From assembly GCA_964592375.1 (NCBI GenBank), contig CAZQDP010000007.1:1-46345 (forward strand): a stretch of 46,345 nt of DNA, in the 5' to 3' direction. Source of the DNA: an uncultured Eubacteriales bacterium. GTDB taxonomy: Bacteria > Bacillota > Clostridia > RUG12999. A program made the position numbers and the translations under genes. Positions within the stretch are counted from its first letter, which is position 1. Each line of letters opens with the position of its first letter. Positions 1-8,692 of the stretch are shown here, one piece after another. A model generated the notes under the pieces. It had not been told where the DNA came from, did no database searches, and saw only the letters and a program-made list of their open reading frames with translations.

Positions 1-3000
1 AATACAACCTCGTCCGGCACATCATTGGTATAATGAATATCCACTGATTTTGTTTCGGAGTATTCATCCGTATCTAAACGAACACTGTAGGTAACAGGAG
101 CGGTAGCATTGTCCGTTGTCAATATATCATAAACAATGCAAATACCATTGGCATCTGTTTTCCCAGAGTATTCTTTACCCGTAACCGTACTACGCACGGA
201 GACCAATGCATCCGCTGCAGGCATAGCTCCTTTTGTAGCGGTAACCTTTAATCTTCCATATGGAATGTATTTGGGGTCAAGTGCGATATTATTCTGATTA
301 AATGTTGCACCATTTTGCAGGTCGGCATTAGCAACACTAATCACTTTATTGATGCCACCAATATCCTTGGCATATGTAACCTTATATTGCGCGTCACCTT
401 CTGCTCTTACTTTGTAGCTACCAACATCAATGGCTCTAAATAAAAACTCTCCGCTGTAGCCACTATAATAATAGCCCTTATCGACATAAGTGCCTTCTGT
501 TCCGCTTGGTGAATACTCAAGGACAATCTTTTTATTAACACTATAGCTCCCATCTGCAGATACTGCGCCTTCAATAATCACCCTATTCATCTGCACATAC
601 ACAGTAAATATTTGATCGATGGATTTTGCCGGAACGCCGCTATCTGTAGCTCGTATCTTAACGGTGAAATATTGATTGATGTCATAATTAAAAGCAATTG
701 TATTGGAGAGATAATACTTTCCTGCATTACTCACAATGGCAAACTTCTGATTATCATACACATTGGGCAACAGCGCGTATGTTAATGTGTTTCCCGCATC
801 CGGATCAACACCGGTCAACTGACCTATCATTTCGTTGGCCTTATTTTCCAAAACAGTATTGGAAGAAAGATATACCTTTGTAGGGGCATCGTTCTGGTCC
901 AAAATGCTGATATTGATGATTTTTTCATGATACAAACCACCATTGTCTGTTGACCTTACTTTGATAGAGTATACACTTTTTGCTTCATAGTTAAATATCA
1001 AAGCAGCTTTCAGTTCATTACCGACAATGGTAAATTGTGCATTATCGCCATATCCCGAAACCAAGGTATAGGTAAAGCTTGCTCCGGCATCCTCATCGGT
1101 TGTTGCAAAAGTACCTACATTTGTACCAACTGGCATATTTTCAACCACAGTCGTTCCAACAAGGCTAACATCGGTAGGTGCCTCATTTAAGTTATTCACT
1201 GTAATAGTAAACTCCTTGGTAAAGAAATTAGTAGGTTTTGTGGGGTCGGTTGCCTTAACAGTCACTCTATAGGATGTTTTGGCTTCAAAATTTAAGTTTG
1301 TGTTTGTCTTCAAGGTGCGGCCATCAATCACAAAAGCTCCGGCAATTTCCTGCGTGTCAATTGTGAATTGGTAACTGCTATCCCCATCGTGGTCAACAGC
1401 AGCGAACCTGCCAACGACCTTACCGTTTTCAGCATTTTCGTCGACATCAAGCTTGGAAAGACTTAAATCTTCAGGTGCTTCATTCACATCCAGCGAGAAA
1501 ATCAATAGCTCATTTTGGATTACGACTGATCCTAATGTTGCTTTAATCTTTACGGAATACTTATTTTTAGATTCAAAGTTCAGCTTTTGAGTGTTTTTAA
1601 GAGTATTTCCTTCAATGGTAAATAACGAAGCATCACCAAAGCCCGGAACGATTTCATATGTAAATGTGCCAATCGCACCAACAACTGAAAGTGTTCCTAT
1701 ATTTGCGTTAATAATGGTTTCATCCACAGTATTAGTGGATATTGTAATATACCCATCATCCGCACTATCTGTAATTGCAATTGTTGCATTTAATGTAGAA
1801 GACAGATTGCCTGTATCCTTGGCAATAATCGTGAGACTGTAGGTTTTTGGCATTGTCTCATAATCAAATACTTTTTTGGTTATCAGTCTGTTCCCAATGA
1901 TTTCAAATTCTTGGCTGATGCCTTGAATTTCATATACCATAGTTGACACATCGCCATTGTCCTGGTCTGTTGCAGAAAGTATACCTACAACCGTACCTTG
2001 CGCCAACATTTCCGAGACTGTAGTATTAGAAATGGCTACATTAGACGGTGCTTCATTTTGATTGGTTACATCAATGCTAAACACCTGTTCAATATAACGA
2101 TTATCAGCAAAGGTTGCTCTGACTTTCACAACATATTGACACTTTGCTTCAAAGTTCAATGCATTCTTCGCTCGAAGGCTTGCTGCAGAGATGTCAAAAA
2201 CCTCAGCATCTCCGAAACCAGCTACAATGCTGTAAACCGGCGTGTCGTTTTCAGGGTCCATAACGGACAAGGCCCCAATGACAGCGTTTACTTGGTTGTT
2301 TTCTTCAATGGTTCTATTGCTAAGTGCAATTGTACCCGGCAATTCGTTTATATTATTGATAAGAATAGTAATGTCTTTTTCATAAGTCAGTTTAGCTGTA
2401 CCAAAAAGCGAATCGCCATTATCGGTTACTCTTACTCTGATGGTGTATTGCTTAATCGGACTCTCGTACTCAAACGCCACCTTAGTTTTTACCTGAGACC
2501 CATCAATGCCTGTTGCCAAAAACTCATTGCTGTTTAAAATCTCATATGTAAGCTGCGAGCCTGTGTCAACATCAACCCCCTTAAGGGAACCTACAAACGA
2601 ACCTATCGGCATTTGTTCATCTATCTTATCATTCGATATGGTAATGTCCGTAGGTGAATCATTCATATCTAACACATTAATGGTTAAGGTTTTTTCAAAA
2701 CTAAGCTGTGGGGTTCCATTATCCGTTACTTGAATTCTGACCAAATGGCTATTGTTTGTTTCGAAATCCAAAGCGCTTTGGGTTTTCAGCTTATCGCCTA
2801 CAACTGTAAACAACGCAATGTCTCCACCCACAACGGAATAAGTAAGCTGCGATGCAAAATCGGAATCCAAGGCACTAAGGGTACCGATTTCAAAACTCAC
2901 ATCATTTTCATTCGCAATGTTTTGGGATAATACAAGGTCGCTCGGTGCTTCATTAATATCATTGATGCTAATGGTAAATTTCTTTTCAAAACTCCCTGCC

Positions 3001-4508
3001 GGAAAACCATTGTCTGTTACTTTAATTCTGACACTGTAAGAGGATGCTTGTTCAAAATTAAAAAGCGTATTTGTTCTGATTGTATCACCAGCTATGGTAA
3101 ATTTATTATTATCCGTTGCACCGTCACCCGGAGCAAGCTGATATGTAAATGTCTGTCCTGCATCTGCATCCGTGGTGCTAAAAGCACCTATCGTTGTACC
3201 GATCGGGCTATTCTCATTCACTGAGGTTTTTGACAGCGCAATGTCTGTAGGTGCTGTATTTGCAATTTCACCGTTATTGACAACGACATTAAACTCTACC
3301 ACTGCTTTCTCCGGAGAGTTGTCATTGCCATCGCCACTCATTGCGTTTCTATATCCCACAATTTTCACAGGTTCTGTGGGGGTATATTCCTTTGCATTTA
3401 ATGCGATAAAGTATTGAATTACACCATCAATAGTCTCACTGTTTACAGATACGCCAAGCTTTGTATTGTCCGATGAGTAATACTCCATTTTGCCAGACAA
3501 ATCAACCGAAGCCTTATTTAATGCAGCTGTAAATATTCTATACTCATTTGTGTCCCCTTTTTTAATGTATAGGGTCCCGCGATTATATGTCTGGGTTACA
3601 CCAACCTTGGGAGCCATATAAAACTTGATTGCAGGCATTCCTGCATACTCCTCATTGTTAAATGAAACTACATTGGAAGAAACCGCAGAGCATTTGTAGC
3701 TTGCATCAATAATGCCTGACAGTTCATAAACCTTGTCAATAAAGCTATCGGAATCTGTTTCAGAATCAGGCAACCAGTTAGTTGCTTGATTAATTTTTGT
3801 TTTCAGCGCTAATAAATCCGCATCAGCCGTTGATGCAAAAATATTATACACGGACTTAATCATATGTTCATGTAAGATATCCGTATAGCTTTTCGTGTTA
3901 CTTAAAAAGAATAATTGCCGCGCAGTGTTGTAAAACTGCGAGAGTTGAATTTCGTAGCTAAACTTTGCCCTAAGCTCGTCCATCAGCTTTGTGCATGCAC
4001 TACCACTAACACTGGCACCCAAGAGTGTTTCAAGACTTGTAAGCGTTGAAGACTCAAACCTGTCCACGGCAGTGTTGATATTTGATCTCCCACAGAAATA
4101 TAAGCTTGCAAATCCATATATAACATTTGCCGCTTCTTTTTTTGCAGCTATTTCACTTCCGCAGTTGGTCTTCATTTGCTCGGTAATCATCCCACTGAGC
4201 AAGCTGTCCCACCTTGGATCTAGGGTGCTGCTGGGATCCATTGCAGTAAGTGTTGCATTGCGAAATGAATCCATTTGCGCTTCCTGTCCATCGATTAAAT
4301 TTGAATAATCATATGTCATGCGGTTGATGAGTTCTGTTTTAAAGCTTGAACGATCAGAACTCGGAAAGCCAAGAATGGATGGTGTATCGCTGATTGTTGC
4401 AATTTGACCTGCATCCTTTTGTTCGGCTAATATACCCATCGGCAACAAGGTCGAGAATAACGTTGCAACGAGTAATACCGAAAGATACTTAAAAATTTTC
4501 TTATTCAT
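1..4508 (-). CDS. Large secreted cadherin-repeat surface protein/adhesin (partial, 3' end beyond left edge; >1500 aa)
   Basis: Translated by eye from ATG at 4508 (RBS AGGAG upstream). MNKKIFKYLSVLLVATLFSTLLPMGILA signal peptide, then ~410-aa unknown region, then 9 cadherin-like repeats (NxAP...ENxxxG...DxD...L/FNFE...V.ATD motifs, ~590-3260), then beta-rich Ig-like region. No stop seen; same frame confirmed at several points. Confidence 0.9.
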   Translation of the reverse strand, partial: MNKKIFKYLSVLLVATLFSTLLPMGILAEQKDAGQIATISDTPSILGFPSSDRSSFKTELINRMTYDYSNLIDGQEAQMDSFRNATLTAMDPSSTLDPRWDSLLSGMITEQMKTNCGSEIAAKKEAANVIYGFASLYFCGRSNINTAVDRFESSTLTSLETLLGASVSGSACTKLMDELRAKFSYEIQLSQFYNTARQLFFLSNTKSYTDILHEHMIKSVYNIFASTADADLLALKTKINQATNWLPDSETDSDSFIDKVYELSGIIDASYKCSAVSSNVVSFNNEEYAGMPAIKFYMAPKVGVTQTYNRGTLYIKKGDTNEYRIFTAALNKASVDLSGKMEYYSSDNTKLGVSVNSETIDGVIQYFIALNAKEYTPTEPVKIVGYRNAMSGDGNDNSPEKAVVEFNVVVNNGEIANTAPTDIALSKTSVNENSPIGTTIGAFSTTDADAGQTFTYQLAPGDGATDNNKFTIAGDTIRTNTLFNFEQASSYSVRIKVTDNGFPAGSFEKKFTISINDINEAPSDLVLSQNIANENDVSFEIGTLSALDSDFASQLTYSVVGGDIALFTVVGDKLKTQSALDFETNNSHLVRIQVTDNGTPQLSFEKTLTINVLDMNDSPTDITISNDKIDEQMPIGSFVGSLKGVDVDTGSQLTYEILNSNEFLATGIDGSQVKTKVAFEYESPIKQYTIRVRVTDNGDSLFGTAKLTYEKDITILINNINELPGTIALSNRTIEENNQVNAVIGALSVMDPENDTPVYSIVAGFGDAEVFDISAASLRAKNALNFEAKCQYVVKVRATFADNRYIEQVFSIDVTNQNEAPSNVAISNTTVSEMLAQGTVVGILSATDQDNGDVSTMVYEIQGISQEFEIIGNRLITKKVFDYETMPKTYSLTIIAKDTGNLSSTLNATIAITDSADDGYITISTNTVDETIINANIGTLSVVGAIGTFTYEIVPGFGDASLFTIEGNTLKNTQKLNFESKNKYSVKIKATLGSVVIQNELLIFSLDVNEAPEDLSLSKLDVDENAENGKVVGRFAAVDHDGDSSYQFTIDTQEIAGAFVIDGRTLKTNTNLNFEAKTSYRVTVKATDPTKPTNFFTKEFTITVNNLNEAPTDVSLVGTTVVENMPVGTNVGTFATTDEDAGASFTYTLVSGYGDNAQFTIVGNELKAALIFNYEAKSVYSIKVRSTDNGGLYHEKIINISILDQNDAPTKVYLSSNTVLENKANEMIGQLTGVDPDAGNTLTYALLPNVYDNQKFAIVSNAGKYYLSNTIAFNYDINQYFTVKIRATDSGVPAKSIDQIFTVYVQMNRVIIEGAVSADGSYSVNKKIVLEYSPSGTEGTYVDKGYYYSGYSGEFLFRAIDVGSYKVRAEGDAQYKVTYAKDIGGINKVISVANADLQNGATFNQNNIALDPKYIPYGRLKVTATKGAMPAADALVSVRSTVTGKEYSGKTDANGICIVYDILTTDNATAPVTYSVRLDTDEYSETKSVDIHYTNDVPDEVV

Positions 4509-4558
4509 TCTTTCACTCCTCTTTTACTTTATAAAATATTTGTTTCCTTTTACATACC

Positions 4559-5722
4559 TTATTGGGTAAGCTTATTAAACTTCTTCAGAGCATTATATAT
4601 AATCTGCGCCGTTTCTACTCGCGTTGCCGATGCAGACGGTTCAAACACATTGCCCGGATACCCATTGATAATGCCCAAAAGCCGCATGGCATACACTGCT
4701 TCCTTGGCATAACCTGCAATTTGAGTGTCATCAATAAAAATTTGCTGGGAAGGGTTTAACTCTCCATGGAGATTGAGGAAAATAATTAACCGATGCATGA
4801 TAACTGCCATGTCTTGCCTCGGAATAAATGTATCCGTCCCAAACATGCCATCTCCAATCCCATTGACAATGCCTATTTTAGTAAGGCTTGCAACGTATTG
4901 ATAATACCATTTATCTTTTGGTACATCTTTAAAATCACATTCGGCTTTATCGTCATATACACCAAATGCCATGACAACAAGCTTTGCAAATTCCTCTTTT
5001 TTTATTTGTCGCAATGGTTCAAAGGTGCCTTCGCTCGTGCCTGCAATAATGTTCATCTTTTTGAGTGCCGACACTGCCTGCAATCCCCATTCCACGGTAT
5101 TCATATCTATAAACCCTGTGTCATTGTTTGGGTTTGGGGTAGATAAAGGATTTGCCGTAGGGGTACCGATTGGTCCTGCAGTTGGTGAAGTAACAATAGG
5201 AACGCCACCGTTACTTGAGTCAGAACCTCCACCTTCATTTTGCTCTACGCTTTTAATGACGTTTAGAGCAGTCGCTTTAATATCGGTATACAGCGTGTTA
5301 AACCGTGCCGGAATTCTACCTGCAAGCGCCTCGGCTTCCGCTTCGGGATACGCTTCAATCAGTAAATTCGCCAAGTGATAGTATTTTTCTTTCAGTAAGC
5401 TTTTCACATATGGCTTTGCGATTGCATCAATGTTTTTTTCAGTAACTGCACCCTTTGCTCCTTTGTAATTGACGATGTAATCCATTGTGTCTTTTATAAA
5501 TGCCTTAATGTCGTACTCAATCGTGCCTGGCGTCGATATGTCCCCCTTCGGGTAATCGTATGTAACACCAGCAACCGTCAAATCATCTATCAAAACATCA
5601 CACTTTGCTCGTATGCCCGCATATACCGAATCGAAATCATAACTTCTTGCACCTAGAACAAAAGGATTAGAAGCAATCATCATTAAAACAAATACGACCA
5701 ACAAACTGAATAACTTCTTCAT
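4559..5722 (-). CDS. S-layer homology (SLH) domain protein
   Basis: Signal peptide, ~140-aa unknown domain, G/S/P/T linker, three SLH repeats (FIDM...FEP...KKEEFA; FKDV...RQDMA; FIDD...FEPSASATRVETA). Confidence 0.9.
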   Translation of the reverse strand: MKKLFSLLVVFVLMMIASNPFVLGARSYDFDSVYAGIRAKCDVLIDDLTVAGVTYDYPKGDISTPGTIEYDIKAFIKDTMDYIVNYKGAKGAVTEKNIDAIAKPYVKSLLKEKYYHLANLLIEAYPEAEAEALAGRIPARFNTLYTDIKATALNVIKSVEQNEGGGSDSSNGGVPIVTSPTAGPIGTPTANPLSTPNPNNDTGFIDMNTVEWGLQAVSALKKMNIIAGTSEGTFEPLRQIKKEEFAKLVVMAFGVYDDKAECDFKDVPKDKWYYQYVASLTKIGIVNGIGDGMFGTDTFIPRQDMAVIMHRLIIFLNLHGELNPSQQIFIDDTQIAGYAKEAVYAMRLLGIINGYPGNVFEPSASATRVETAQIIYNALKKFNKLTQ

Positions 5723-6101
5723 TTGCTTCCCTCCCTAACTAATCTATGAGTACACTGTAAGTATACGCATAATTATAAATTCAAACAGACGACTTACTGC
5801 ATTTATTCATCGCAATCTTCTACAAAAGCGCATGAATGCTATGGATTTATGCATAACTAAATAGATTATGAATAGATGCAGACTATTATGCTATTGTATT
5901 ATATATCATTTTTCAAGAATATTCAATACTTATTTTAAATTTTTTTTGATATTTTCATATGTGTTAATGCATAGCGATCCTCCACCTAAAATTTTCATGA
6001 ATATTTTAAACACTTTCATTAAAAAACACTGTCAAAGAAAATTAAATGTATTTCGTCATTTTTATTTAACAAAAACACTTTCAAATAAGCAAAAAAAACA
6101 C

Positions 6102-6130
6102 TTGACATATGGCCAGAAAAGTGGTAGTAT
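6102..6130 (+). promoter_or_regulatory. Sigma-A promoter of tRNA pair
   Basis: TTGACA (6102-6107), 17 bp, TAGTAT (6125-6130) with upstream TG and A-rich UP-like tract. Confidence 0.8.
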
Positions 6131-6156
6131 GTTATAGCACTCGAAATTGAGCTTTT

Positions 6157-6244
6157 GCCGGAGTGGCGGAACTGGCAGACGCCCAGGACTTAAAATCCTG
6201 TGGGAGATTCTCCCGTACCGGTTCGACCCCGGTCTCCGGCACCA
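6157..6244 (+). tRNA. tRNA-Leu (UAA)
   Basis: GCCGGAG/CTCCGGC acceptor stem, CAGGA-CTTAAAA-TCCTG anticodon arm, long variable arm, GTTCGAC T-loop, encoded CCA. Confidence 0.97.
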
Positions 6245-6259
6245 AATCATTTTTTATAT

Positions 6260-6336
<77 letters not shown>

Positions 6337-6338
6337 TT

Positions 6339-6380
6339 AAAAAAGCCCTTAGACAGTAATGTTTAGGGGCTTTTTATTTT
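6339..6380 (+). terminator. Intrinsic terminator after tRNAs
   Basis: AAAAAGCCCTTAGAA-like arm ...GTTTAGGGGCTTTTT hairpin followed by T tract. Confidence 0.8.
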
Positions 6381-6543
6381 ATTAAATATGGCATACAATT
6401 TAAAACGGTTACTGAATGTTTTCAGTATCCGAGATTTATTATGTAAACTTTCAGAAATGAAGGTAAATAGACAACAACATAGGTGTGGTGCTCAGGGGGT
6501 TTTTACCATTTTTAGGAGCGTGCTAATAAGGATTGTAGATTAG

Positions 6544-6576
6544 GTTTTTACACAACCTGACGTGCCCACCAACCCC
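6544..6576. repeat. 33-bp imperfect direct repeat, copy 1 (copy 2 at 7627-7659)
   Basis: GTTTTTACACAACCTGA identical in both copies, then CGTGCCCACCAACCCC vs GGTCCCCATCAAACCC; 29/33 identical. Abuts the stop codon of the 290-aa gene. Confidence 0.85.
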
Positions 6577-7449
6577 TTAATTTTTGGTGTAATACTCATC
6601 AATAGGCACTTGGTTTGAATCCCAAGTATAGTATATCATCTCTTGACTTGAAGGCAAATATTTCACAGTACTTTCATTGCCATTATTATATTTAAGCAAT
6701 ATTTTGTCCTCGTATCTTAAAATATAAGTGCCTTCATATTTGGCCGTTTCGTCTGTTGTTATGCCAACATATCTACTAAATGTGCCATTGGCATTAAGTG
6801 TTAATTTACCGCCGTACTTAATGCCTGTGCCATATAAATCTTGGAGTGGGTAATCTTCCCCAGCAGTTCCTGCTCCACGGGTTTTGGCGTATTGGATATT
6901 CCAAACTCCTATTATATAATTCGGAATACCGTTTGTTATGTTGCGTGTTCGCCATTCATTGTAGTTTTCCTCATAATAATACCAATTTGGCTCTGTCATA
7001 GGCTCTAATTTAGTAAGAAATTGCAAAGTTGGTTCGTTGCCGTTGATGGAATACGCAATACCGCAACCATTATCTAAATTAGCCCACCTCTGAAAGTGGA
7101 TTGTATTACCATCTCTTCCAATTACGCTATAACCTCGTTTTTTTAGCGTATTGATTGTCGTAGCTACCTCAATATCATCAATCTTTACGGTTGTTCCGGC
7201 ATTAGACATTTCGCCACTTTCCATGGTGGAGGGAATATATACAGTATCATAACCGGAATTGGTAAGGTAGTTTGTGACGTTAGTTAATAGTTCTTGGTCT
7301 TTGGTGAAAATGGTTTCCATCTTTTCTTTGCCAATGGGGGAATTAAAAAAGCCACCACCTATAATTATACCACCAACAGCTATTTTTGCTACATAAACCA
7401 ATATAGCAAGAGTAACCGCTATCAAAGAATAAATAACAATCTTTTTCAT
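6577..7449 (-). CDS. Hypothetical membrane-anchored protein (C-terminal lipocalin-like beta domain possible)
   Basis: 290-aa ORF with GGAGG RBS, N-terminal hydrophobic anchor, IIGVW...LTLNANGTF...EGTY pattern near the C-terminus. Confidence 0.75.
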   Translation of the reverse strand: MKKIVIYSLIAVTLAILVYVAKIAVGGIIIGGGFFNSPIGKEKMETIFTKDQELLTNVTNYLTNSGYDTVYIPSTMESGEMSNAGTTVKIDDIEVATTINTLKKRGYSVIGRDGNTIHFQRWANLDNGCGIAYSINGNEPTLQFLTKLEPMTEPNWYYYEENYNEWRTRNITNGIPNYIIGVWNIQYAKTRGAGTAGEDYPLQDLYGTGIKYGGKLTLNANGTFSRYVGITTDETAKYEGTYILRYEDKILLKYNNGNESTVKYLPSSQEMIYYTWDSNQVPIDEYYTKN

Positions 7450-7470
7450 ATTTACCTCCCCTTATAAGTG

Positions 7471-7643
7471 TTAAAGCCCTCTATCCTCTCCTTCTATATA
7501 TCTACCCATTTCTTCACCTGCTCCTATGTTTTCTACATAAATATTATAGCATAAAATCATTGATTTTTCAACAGTTTTATGCTATAATATGGTGAAATTA
7601 ATCATTTTTACCGATTGGTAAATTTAGTTTTTACACAACCTGA
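7471..7643 (-). mobile_element. Probable IS1182-family left-end remnant with truncated transposase start
   Basis: On the minus strand: TCAGGTTGTGTAAAAAC terminal-repeat-like end, TTGAAA-17-TATAAT promoter, AGGTGA RBS, then MGRYIEGEDRGL* (7509-7471), resembling the recalled IS1182 transposase N-terminus (M..(Y/F)IEGEDR.Q). Confidence 0.55.
7541..7590. promoter_or_regulatory. Palindromic bidirectional sigma-A promoter
   Basis: Perfect 16-bp inverted repeat ATATTATAGCATAAAA/TTTTATGCTATAATAT. Plus strand TTGATT-17-TATAAT and minus strand TTGAAA-17-TATAAT, both with extended TG. Confidence 0.75.
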
Positions 7644-7659
7644 GGTCCCCATCAAACCC
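7627..7659. repeat. 33-bp imperfect direct repeat, copy 2
   Basis: GTTTTTACACAACCTGAGGTCCCCATCAAACCC; see copy 1 at 6544-6576. Confidence 0.85.
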
Positions 7660-7812
7660 TTCTCCGCATGAGTAAAAGCAAGGTTATTATAACCCACGCT
7701 TTTAATTATTTCAAGTAAAATAACATACTACTGAAAAGGGAACACCTCAAAAGGGGTGTGCTTTTTTGTTTTTTTAGCTGCTGGTGAGGTTTTTGCAGGG
7801 GACACCTTTCCC

Positions 7813-8238
7813 TTAATAAATTTCTTTGTTGCCTATGTATTCATCAACTTTTCTCCATCTGACTTTTTCTGCGCATAACCATGTTCCTTCATACTGTTCT
7901 CTTTGTTCTTTAAACCAATCTGAATCTCCCCAATAAATTCTTCCATCTTCAAAAAACATTGTTGCATCAAGTATTTCGCAAGTGTATGATTCATCATTAG
8001 GACATAAATTCAATTTTACTAAACCGTAAAATTCTAGTTCAATAACGGTAAAATTTTCATATTGTCTTTGAAATACAATATATAATTTTCTTTGGTCATT
8101 TATTGGGTGCATTCCTAAATTTTGATTTACAAAAGCCCCGCTGATATATCTCAATTCCTTTAAACAACAATCATGAAAACCTCCGTATAATTCAAGAAAA
8201 TTATGCAATTCTTGTTCATTATTAATTTCATTCCACAT
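7813..8238 (-). CDS. Hypothetical protein, possible polymorphic-toxin immunity protein
   Basis: 141-aa acidic/aromatic-rich ORF with GGAGG RBS and an N-terminal GGFHD motif reminiscent of FHD-type immunity families; follows a toxin-tail-like fragment. Confidence 0.7.
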   Translation of the reverse strand: MWNEINNEQELHNFLELYGGFHDCCLKELRYISGAFVNQNLGMHPINDQRKLYIVFQRQYENFTVIELEFYGLVKLNLCPNDESYTCEILDATMFFEDGRIYWGDSDWFKEQREQYEGTWLCAEKVRWRKVDEYIGNKEIY

Positions 8239-8327
8239 TATACCAAAAACCTCCTATAAGTTAGTGAACCACAATCGAAATTTTTAAATTTAACTTTCGA
8301 CATTCTCAATAATAGTTTAAATAATTA

Positions 8328-8411
8328 TTAAGGAGTAGCTACATTGGCAGGTATAGTCCACCATAATGGCGGCAAAAGAGACGGAAGCATTCTTACTCTA
8401 CGATAAATGAA
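8328..8411 (-). pseudogene. 3' gene fragment resembling a Rhs/YD-repeat protein C-terminus
   Basis: Reads FIYRRVRMLPSLLPPLWWTIPANVATP*, which resembles recalled Rhs tails (YRGxRMxPSLxPPLWWTIPAN). No plausible gene start; cut at the repeat tract. Confidence 0.5.
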
Positions 8412-8514
8412 CTTGTTGGGGGAGCTTGTTGGGGACGGAGCTTGTTGGGGAGCTTGTTGGGGACGTGCCTCTTTCGTAACGGGAGCTTGTTGGGGACGTG
8501 CCTCTTTCGTAACG
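8412..8514. repeat. Short tandem GGAGCTTGTTGGGG(AC) repeat tract
   Basis: Five copies of CTTGTTGGGG (8412, 8425, 8441, 8453, 8486), including a perfect 33-bp tandem duplication 8449-8481/8482-8514. Confidence 0.95.
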
Positions 8515-8692
8515 TTTTTTTGTTACATCTCGCAATTATCCCCTCGATAAACCCTTTATTCTTTTAATTGTGTTATATAGTCACCAAGCACCATCTCTAT
8601 TGCTCTTATAACTTGCGCTATTTTTTCTCTTCACGCTCATACAAATTGTACCACATGTCATAAATTGTGTTAATTTTTATTTTGCCATAAAA

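Noticed and set aside
698-4308. Plus-strand ORFs in the track across 698-4308
   Set aside because: Antisense shadows of the large minus-strand cadherin gene; no recognisable motifs.
8412-8514. Possible CRISPR array
   Set aside because: Units are adjacent with no unique spacers, unit lengths are irregular, and there are no cas genes.
8550-8640. Short minus-strand frame (KIAQVIRAIEMVLGDYITQLKE*) as a further gene fragment
   Set aside because: No start or RBS and no recognisable family; too short to support.
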